This document shows, piece by piece, positions 1-9,600 of a stretch of DNA of 64,000 nt. The notes beneath the pieces were generated by a model. That model searched no databases. It had not been told where the DNA came from and was given only the letters and a program-made list of their open reading frames with translations. Position numbers and translations under genes: made by a program. The stretch spans positions 60,815 to 124,814 of the forward strand of contig NIVC01003104.1 in the NCBI GenBank assembly GCA_002269645.1. Reading direction: 5' to 3'. This DNA is from Macrostomum lignano. Lineage: Eukaryota. The first letter of the stretch is position 1; each line of letters begins with the position of its first letter.

Positions 1-3000
1 TCTTCTCCTCTCGCCACCAGAGCTCTTCCTCCCTAGCCAGTGCGCTGGTGGTACACGCTCCTCCTCGAAGTAAGCCGCGTCCTCCTCCCAGCTGACGCAC
101 TCTTCCGCGTACACGTACATCTTGTCGAAGGCTTCGTGCTCCTGCAACAAGCCTCGCTCATCAGGCACTGGCAGGTCGGCTTCTTCTGCGGATGGCTTCT
201 TCTTCGCCCTCTTCTCAACGGCCTCGAAGAAGTGCTTCTTTCTCCTCTCGCCGCCAGAGCCTTCCTCCCTAGCCAGTGCTGGTGGTACACGCTCTCCTCG
301 AAGTGGGCCGCCTCCTCCTCCCAGCTGACGCACTCTTCGCGTACACGTACATCTTGTCGAAGGCTTCGTGCTCCTGCAACAAGCCTCGCTCATCAGGCAC
401 TGGCAGGTCGGCTTCTTCTGCGGATGGCTTCTTCTTCGCCTCTTCTCAACGGCCTCGAAGAAGCTGCTTTCTCTCCTCGCCGCAGAGCTCTTCCTCCCTA
501 GCCAGTGCTGGTGGTACACGCTCCTCCTCGAAGTGGGCCGCCTCCTCCTCCCAGCTGACGCACTCTTCCGCGTACACGTAATCTTGTCGAAGGCTTCGTG
601 CTCCTGCCAACAAGCCTCGCCTCATCAGGCACTGGCAGGTCGGCTTCTCTGCGGATGGCTTCTTCTTCGCCTCTTCCTCAACGGCCTCGAAGAAGTGCTT
701 CTTCTCCTCTCGCCGCCAGAGCTCTTCCTCCCTAGCCAGTGCTGGTGGTACACGCTCCTCGAAGTGGGCCGCCTCCTCCTCCCAGCTGACGCACTCTTCC
801 GCGTACACGTACATCTTGTGCGAAGGCAACACAGCCTCGCTCATCAGGCACTGGCAGGTCGGCTTCTTCTGCGGATGGCTTCTTCTTCGCCTCTTCCTCA
901 ACGGCCTCGAAGAAGTGCTTCTTCTCCTCTCGCCGCCAGAGCTCTTCCTCCCTAGCCAGTGCTGGTGGTACACGCTCCTCCTCGAAGTGGGCGCCTCCTC
1001 CTCCCAGCTGACGCACTCTTCCGCGTACACGTACATCTTGTCGAAGGCTTCGTGCTCCTGCAACAAGCCTCGCTCATCAGGCACTGGCAGGTCGGCTTCT
1101 TCTGCGGATGGCTTCTTCTTCGCCTCTTCCTCAACGGCCTCGAAGAAGTGCTTCTTCTCCTCTCGCCGCCAGAGCTCTTCCTCCCTAGCCAGTGCTGGTG
1201 GTACACGCTCCTCCTCGAAGTGGGCCGCCTCCTCCTCCCAGCTGACGCACTCTTCCGCGTACACGTACATCTTGTCGAAGGCTTCGTGCTCCTGCAACAA
1301 GCCTCGCTCATCAGGCACTGGCAGGTCGGCTTCTTCTGCGGATGGCTTCTTCTTCGCCTCTTCCTCAACGGCCTCGAAGAAGTGCTTCTTCTCCTCTCGC
1401 CGCCAGAGCTCTTCCTCCCTAGCCAGTGCTGGTGGTACACGCTCCTCCTCGAAGTGGGCCGCCTCCTCCTCCCAGCTGACGCACTCTTCCGCGTACACGT
1501 ACATCTTGTCGAAGGCTTCGTGCTCCTGCAACAAGCCTCGCTCATCAGGCACTGGCAGGTCGGCTTCTTCTGCGGATGGCTTCTTCTTCGCCTCTTCCTC
1601 AACGGCCTCGAAGAAGTGCTTCTTCTCCTCTCGCCGCCAGAGCTCTTCCTCCCTAGCCAGTGCTGGTGGTACACGCTCCTCCTCGAAGTGGGCCGCCTCC
1701 TCCTCCCAGCTGACGCACTCTTCCGCGTACACGTACATCTTGTCGAAGGCTTCGTGCTCCTGCAACAAGCCTCGCTCATCAGGCACTGGCAGGTCGGCTT
1801 CTTCTGCGGATGGCTTCTTCTTCGCCTCTTCCTCAACGGCCTCGAAGAAGTGCTTCTTCTCCTCTCGCCGCCAGAGCTCTTCCTCCCTAGCCAGTGCTGG
1901 TGGTACACGCTCCTCCTCGAAGTGGGCCGCCTCCTCCTCCCAGCTGACGCACTCTTCCGCGTACACGTACATCTTGTCGAAGGCTTCGTGCTCCTGCAAC
2001 AAGCCTCGCTCATCAGGCACTGGCAGGTCGGCTTCTTCTGCGGATGGCTTCTTCTTCGCCTCTTCCTCAACGGCCTCGAAGAAGTGCTTCTTCTCCTCTC
2101 GCCGCCAGAGCTCTTCCTCCCTAGCCAGTGCTGGTGGTACACGCTCCTCCTCGAAGTGGGCCGCCTCCTCCTCCCAGCTGACGCACTCTTCCGCGTACAC
2201 GTACATCTTGTCGAAGGCTTCGTGCTCCTGCAACAAGCCTCGCTCATCAGGCACTGGCAGGTCGGCTTCTTCTGCGGATGGCTTCTTCTTCGCCTCTTCC
2301 TCAACGGCCTCGAAGAAGTGCTTCTTCTCCTCTCGCCGCCAGAGCTCTTCCTCCCTAGCCAGTGCTGGTGGTACACGCTCCTCCTCGAAGTGGGCCGCCT
2401 CCTCCTCCCAGCTGACGCACTCTTCCGCGTACACGTACATCTTGTCGAAGGCTTCGTGCTCCTGCAACAAGCCTCGCTCATCAGGCACTGGCAGGTCGGC
2501 TTCTTCTGCGGATGGCTTCTTCTTCGCCTCTTCCTCAACGGCCTCGAAGAAGTGCTTCTTCTCCTCTCGCCGCCAGAGCTCTTCCTCCCTAGCCAGTGCT
2601 GGTGGTACACGCTCCTCCTCGAAGTGGGCCGCCTCCTCCTCCCAGCTGACGCACTCTTCCGCGTACACGTACATCTTGTCGAAGGCTTCGTGCTCCTGCA
2701 ACAAGCCTCGCTCATCAGGCACTGGCAGGTCGGCTTCTTCTGCGGATGGCTTCTTCTTCGCCTCTTCCTCAACGGCCTCGAAGAAGTGCTTCTTCTCCTC
2801 TCGCCGCCAGAGCTCTTCCTCCCTAGCCAGTGCTGGTGGTACACGCTCCTCCTCGAAGTGGGCCGCCTCCTCCTCCCAGCTGACGCACTCTTCCGCGTAC
2901 ACGTACATCTTGTCGAAGGCTTCGTGCTCCTGCAACAAGCCTCGCTCATCAGGCACTGGCAGGTCGGCTTCTTCTGCGGATGGCTTCTTCTTCGCCTCTT

Positions 3001-3670
3001 CCTCAACGGCCTCGAAGAAGTGCTTCTTCTCCTCTCGCCGCCAGAGCTCTTCCTCCCTAGCCAGTGCTGGTGGTACACGCTCCTCCTCGAAGTGGGCCGC
3101 CTCCTCCTCCCAGCTGACGCACTCTTCCGCGTACACGTACATCTTGTCGAAGGCTTCGTGCTCCTGCAACAAGCCTCGCTCATCAGGCACTGGCAGGTCG
3201 GCTTCTTCTGCGGATGGCTTCTTCTTCGCCTCTTCCTCAACGGCCTCGAAGAAGTGCTTCTTCTCCTCTCGCCGCCAGAGCTCTTCCTCCCTAGCCAGTG
3301 CTGGTGGTACACGCTCCTCCTCGAAGTGGGCCGCCTCCTCCTCCCAGCTGACGCACTCTTCCGCGTACACGTACATCTTGTCGAAGGCCTCGTGCTCCTG
3401 CAACAAGCCTCGCTCATCAGGCACTGGCAGGTCGGCTTCTTCTGCGGATGGCTTCTTCTTCGCCTCTTCCTCAACGGCCTCGAAGAAGTGCTTCTTCTCC
3501 TCTCGCCGCCAGAGCTCTTCCTCCCTAGCCAGTGCTGGTGGTACACGCTCCTCCTCGAAGTGGGCCGCCTCCTCCTCCCAGCTGACGCACTCTTCCGCGT
3601 ACACGTACATCTTGTCGAAGGCCTCGTGCTCCTGCAACAAGCCTCGCTCATCAGGCACTGGCAGGTTGGC
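1..3670 (-). repeat. Coding tandem repeat, 234-bp unit, ~15.6 copies
   Basis: GCAGGTCGGC recurs at 1087, 1321, 1555 and onward (period 234). Copies from ~1000 to 3670 are identical except one synonymous change in the two copies nearest the unique region (GAAGGCCTCG vs GAAGGCTTCG). Confidence 0.97.
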
Positions 3671-5386
3671 CTTTTTTGCTTGTTTTCTAATTGCCTTAAA
3701 AATTTGCTTCTTTTGTAAGGGTTCGGCGATTGAGAGCGTGACTTCGTATTCAGTAACAAGGATGTGTTGAAGTTCTTGTAGTTCTGAATCGACGATGGAG
3801 CCCGTCATGATAATTTTTTTTTCTCCTTTTTTTGCTTGCTGAGTTTTTAATGGGACTAAGCTTTGTTCGAGTAGAATGTAATTTTCATCTACGTGTTCAC
3901 TTATTAGATTCGAATAGAGTTCTGGAATGGATTGGATAATGTTTATTTGTTGTTCCACTTGATGGCTCAGAATAACGTTCGGTGTTATTTTTCTGAGTTC
4001 GTCTGGTTGTAACATCGTCGTAGCAGCATCGGTGAACTCAGCGCTTCCACAGTCCGGGCTTGAAACTTTGCTGCCTTTTGTAGTTTGTAGTTCGTCGACT
4101 TTTTTAACCGATTCGTTTCTTGTCTCAGTTGTGGAAAATTCTTCAAATAATGACACAGTTGCTTCATATTCAGTAATTGTTGTTTGCTGAACGATAAGCT
4201 GTTCAGGCTTAGTAAGCAATGCCATCATAGGAACTGGTTCATGGACATCTGTAGCTTCCACCATCTCTTCTTGGAAATCACTGTTGAAAGTGTGTAGGTG
4301 CTGCTGAGCTTGAAGGTAATGGTCATTTACTTGTTCTTGAATTAGTGTCCAAGAATCTGCTCGAACAGATTCACGATTATTTTTTGGATGTTGAACCTGA
4401 TGGTTGACAACAAGAGTACTGCTTAGTGCTGTCTGTTCCTCATCTTTTAACACAGAGATCCACTCAACCTCAAGAGTCTCCCACTCAGTGGCACATGAAG
4501 AGCCGCTTGCACTTTTATTCTGAGACAATATCACTCTATTTACCAGTTCATTGTTGCCAGACGCCTCAGTACCCCAGTGGCCTAACCAATATTTAGGTTC
4601 CTTTGTTTTTTGAGCTTCTTTTTCTACTGGCTTCGAATGAGCTTCCGATTGGGCGCTTGTCGCGATGTTTTTGCTCATTGCACTTTCGTTGCTGGGGCGA
4701 AGTCGAACTGAGCATAGCGGGCTAATCTGGTTTTCTAGTGAGCAGCGCAGACGAAAGAAGAGAGACTGGCTTCCTGTGGCAATGCTTGGTTGATTTTGTC
4801 TGGACTCGACTGTCTGTCTGAGTGGCATTTGTTCCAAAGCTTGCGGATGCTGCCTTGCACCAAATGACCGCTGACTATCGACATCGTGCTCTGTAGAAAC
4901 TGGAGCAGCCTGATTCTTACTGACACTCCTGTGATGGGTTGGAGCCGATTCAGACCGTGTTTCGGTCGCAATCGCAAACTGCGAATGATGTAGTTGTGGT
5001 GCTCGTTCTGATCGATAATTGCTAATGATGATTGGCAAAGGGATAGGCGGCGGTTGAGTATTTGGCAGAGCGAGTCTCACTTTCAGCTTTTTTGTACTTC
5101 TATCCGCGGCGAATTCCTGGTTGATTGAAGTATTGCGCGACGCTGAATCACTGCGCGTAGAATCAATTGTGCAGAGCAATCGAAGCTCGGCCGTGCAGGT
5201 TTGATTAGACTCCTGTATTCGAACTTTGATTGGGTTCCTATGGTAATCGAAATCAGTAGTGGAATTTTTGTCGCCAGTAGAAGTACTTACAGCATTGAAA
5301 TCACAACTAAACTCGTCTTCGACTCGAGAATCGGTCTCAGCGAAGCTCGGATGAATTCGATTTTGCTTACTTTTTCTTCGTTTCAT
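1..5386 (-). CDS. Large acidic, repeat-rich protein of unknown family (>=1646 aa; 3' end beyond or obscured at the window start)
   Basis: ORF 446..5386 has ~570 stop-free codons of unique AT-rich sequence (3670-5386), followed by 78-aa repeats (ADLPVPDERGLLQEHEAFDKMYVYAEECVSWEEEAAHFEEERVPPALAREEELWRREEKKHFFEAVEEEAKKKPSAEE). The ATG at 5386 has A at -3 and an in-frame TGA just upstream. The stop at 446 follows indels in degraded repeat copies and is probably not the real end. Confidence 0.7.
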
Positions 5387-6646
5387 TTGTTGAAACTTTG
5401 GTTGTCAAGAAGAGAATTCCTGAAATGGGTTATTTGAACGGATGCGTGCAAAATAAAGCAGAAAAATGTAAAACTTACATGAACAGGCAATGTCGCTTTC
5501 TGGTCTGGAAATGTTAGTTAATAAAGGTAAAAATGAGATTAACTCTACTGTTTACGCAGAATGTGAGCTTTTATTACAAGCAGCTACGCTGATTGCTTTC
5601 AAGGCGCAAGCATTTAACTGTTAGTTCAACCCACAGACGTTTTCTGTTGAGATTCTTTCTCAGGAATTCCTTGGTTTTCTTGATAAAAATATTCAATGCA
5701 TTCGTTAAACCAACGAAGACCAAAATGCAAATTTTTCCCTTTAGTTTTTGAAGAGGATGCAATTTTTTTCCTTTCGTTTTTGATGAGGACGCACTTTTTC
5801 AGATTATACAGCACGGACTACTAGCAATCGGCCGCCAGAGTTTTGTCAGTTGTCTGATTTCTCACTTTTCCGAATTTTCCCAAATGCCATCATGATCCTT
5901 CTACTGAATTTGTCCTTTGGGGTCGTACTATAAAGATGTCGTAGCGTAAGTTCGATCGTACGTCGGAACTTTTACACTGCGGAGATAGGAGCCAAGAACG
6001 ATCTTATCTGGCCGGGGATCTCAGCTCTTCTTGTATTTCTAAGCTGTGTGCTCTTGCATGGTTCCATTGATAACCAATTCATAGCTGATGAATAATCAGC
6101 TTTGAAAAATGTGTGTTTTCTAGTGCTCCCAGCTACAAGACAGTAAAACACGAATTTGGAACAGAAACGAAAAGGGCCTCTAAACACGGCTTTTTAAAAT
6201 TGTATAACAAATTCCAGTGCTTCTTAAAAAAACAGGAAAAGCAGTCTTGATTTAAATAAAAATTAGAACTTTTTCTTTAAAATGAGTTTACTTTTAATTC
6301 TATTACGACAACATATTAAATGCACATTGTTTTGATTCATCTTCAACAACATTAGCTATCAGTAAGAGTACTATGACGACCTTTAGACTTGTCACTTTAT
6401 CCAACCAACCAGCCAAGTAAAAATAAATTGAGAACCGAAAACGGAAGTATTATACATTAATAAGTCAAATTCAAACTTTATTCGAAGATATTTCATTACA
6501 TTTACTTCTCATTCAACTTTTTTTAGCAATTGTAAGCTTGTTTTCAACCTACCAATTATAGCCTGCATATATTAAATACTCACTTCAACAATACTTAGTT
6601 CGTTATTAATTGACTCTCCAAAAGGCTTACTAACCTGAACTGAACC

Positions 6647-9600
6647 ATGCTTAAGTTGGAATCGACTGCTTTGTTCTTATCACTGTTAGTCCTGAATTCA
6701 TCTGCATTCTATTTGCCAGGATTAGCACCTGTCAATTATTGTGAACAGGAAAATGAAAATAATTGCAAGGTAAGCAGATTTTATTTAGAGTAACTTGCTT
6801 TTAATTCAATTCTAATCTAGTATCCTAGCTAATAACTGTATGTTAAATCAACTTAAATGGTTGTTGTGTTGAGAGATATTAAGATTGGACATTTTTTAAA
6901 TTAATTAGAATAATTTAAATCAATTATTAATAATTGTTATTAATATTACACAAAATTTTATCCTAAAATATAATCATAAAAAAGTCTTTAAGGTGTCTTC
7001 ATTCCTTTAAATATAAATTTGTATTTTAATAATATATATTAATAGAATGTATATAAAAGGTAAGCCTATATTTAAGCTTTTAAATTTTAGATAAAATGCA
7101 ACGATACCACAAAATGTAAACCCAGCATCCAAATTAAATGCTTCCTATGGTTTTAGAATTAGTTTAGTGATAAAATACCATGAATTTATATGTTAATATA
7201 ATTTATAATATATAATATAATATATTAATATATATTATCAAAAGTATCAAAAAGAAAATAGATAAACAAGTAAACTGTAAAGTAGTATTCCATTGTAAAA
7301 AAAGGTTCATGTGCCATAGCCATAGCTGTAAGCAAAACTATGGCCTTTTCTAATTCTCCATATTCCATAGTTGTAGGGATCCCAATATTATCATATTCTT
7401 ATAATTCCCATAGTCATAGCCATAGTCTTAACAAAAAGTCTAAGAACCAAAATATTTTGAATCAAAAAGATAACCTGCAATCTGCAATTTGATTGAATCA
7501 AAAAGATAACCTGCAAACACTTAATTGACTTTATAAGACTATATTTTATCTTTTTTATAAAGTAACAAATAACAATACTTAATCGTTATTAAAAGTACTA
7601 ATGTACAATTTTTTATATTACTAAAAGTTAGAGTTTGCTTGTGTTTTATTAAACTTTATTATGTGCAGGGCCCCTCCCGATTTCTTTATAAAATAGTCAC
7701 CGTTTAGTCAATTTGAATTCATGCCAAAACTAAGAAACATATTTTGTTTTAATACTTGTATTTTCTATAATATTTTGCGCTAACAAATTTTTGTTTAAAA
7801 CTGTAGCAAATTTTATAGTATAAATAGAAGCATTTTTGGCAGAGGAGAGACCAACCTCGCGCATCGCGGTTCACTAACAAAACAGTCATATCAAAGAATA
7901 ATAGTTCCAAGAAAATAAGAATTGAAGAAGTGTTTTCTATGTTGATTCTTTTTAAGAAGTGAGAGTGAAATAGACTGAAGAGTATACAGTACATACTATT
8001 GAGAAGCAGCAGTATTGAGTAGTAAGAGAATACGAAGCAGATTTGAAGTGATATGTGTAAGAATAACCGAAGGCTGTGACCCTCTGATCTTGGTAATGCC
8101 CAAGGACTTGCAAAGTACATAAAATATATATACAGTATAGCTAGTAGACTGCTCAGGCCAAAAGTACAGTGAACGCTACTGGAATCAGAATAAACGCTAC
8201 CAGAATAACAGAGGAGTAAAATCTTTCAAGGCTAATAGTTTTCTAAGAATAATACTCAGACTAAATACTCAGACCTATTCTAAGAAATATTCTCAGACTT
8301 ATTCTAAGATTAATAAACTCATAATTTATTAATAGAATAGTCTTGGTGGCAGCTACCAACATTTATAAACAGGAGTTTAGCCCTTTGACAACTTTAGTGA
8401 CAGCTGTGGAATCATTTGAAGAGACAGAAGAATCAGCCCTTTGACAACTTGGTTGCAGTAGTGGGATAATTTCAGTGAGAGCAATTACGCCTTTGACAAC
8501 TTTGGTGTCAGCAGTTGAGATTTAAATAGAGAGAACAAGAAACACTTTGACAACTTGGTGTCAGCAGTTGAGATTTCTAGAGAGAGCTGAAAGGCCTATG
8601 ACAATTACTATTAGGTATCAACTATAAGTTTCTAAATCTAAAATACAATTTACCAAAGTATCTTTATTTTACTCTACCTGTTTTAATGTTTAAAACTAAA
8701 ATCATTTTATTTTATAACCTCATTGCTTTCAAATTATAAAAAAACAGTTTTTGAAAAACTTGTCACCATTTTTTGATTTTGCTATATGCATATTTTTATT
8801 ATATTATCTCTTATTTAGAATACCTAAATGTTTAATTAATTCTAACTTTTTAAAATTATCATGTTGATATAATTTCAACTATAAATTTAGACACTAAGTT
8901 TAAAATCTGCTAAATATTTTATATTTAGCATCAATATCAAACTAGTAGTATATATTAATGTTGCTATACTTTGTTCTAATTTTAGCAATTTTTTGAACAT
9001 TGACAAAGACAAATTAAGCAGTTTTTCCAAAGATACCTTTAGTTAATTGCCATAAACTATCACAGCTACTATACTATACAAATATAGTAGTTGACCTGTT
9101 TACTTAAGACCCAGGCTAGGTGAGAAAAAGAAAGTTGATATTCTAATTACCAAAGAAATATTTATTCTAAGGTCTAGACATAGCCTAGGTCTATTATACA
9201 TTTAAGCATAGTTTAGCTATAGTTAAGTTTATTTTAATTGGGTCAATATTAGAGGAATTTTTATGAATATATTTATTTGTGTATATGTATATATATAGAA
9301 GATGTATATTCATATAAAACTTCTAATATTATTTATTCAAATAATGAAGTATAATATAATTGAATGCTAAATATTTTTGAGAACTATTGCCCTGATCTAT
9401 CATTTTAATGGTATATTTGAGCTCATATATTGTTATAGGCATAAATACAAGTCCAATTTTACTTTTATATGAATATATAGTTTATTTACATTTTCTTTGC
9501 TTGTAAAATTTAAATGGTGGCTTTATAGTTCTATTCTATTTAGCTGCTTAGATCAAAATGAAATTTCTTATTATTAGTAATCAAAACAAATTGTCCTTAC

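Noticed and set aside
40-3770. Long + strand ORFs (816..3770, 959..3718) and the alternative - frame (952..3759) over the 234-bp repeat
   Set aside because: A stop-free unit gives a stop-free array. Only the 446..5386 frame continues into long unique sequence, and its single internal variant is synonymous.
8341-8606. True CRISPR array
   Set aside because: Eukaryotic intron, degenerate repeats, spacers partly similar to each other, and no cas genes; kept only as a PBS-like array.
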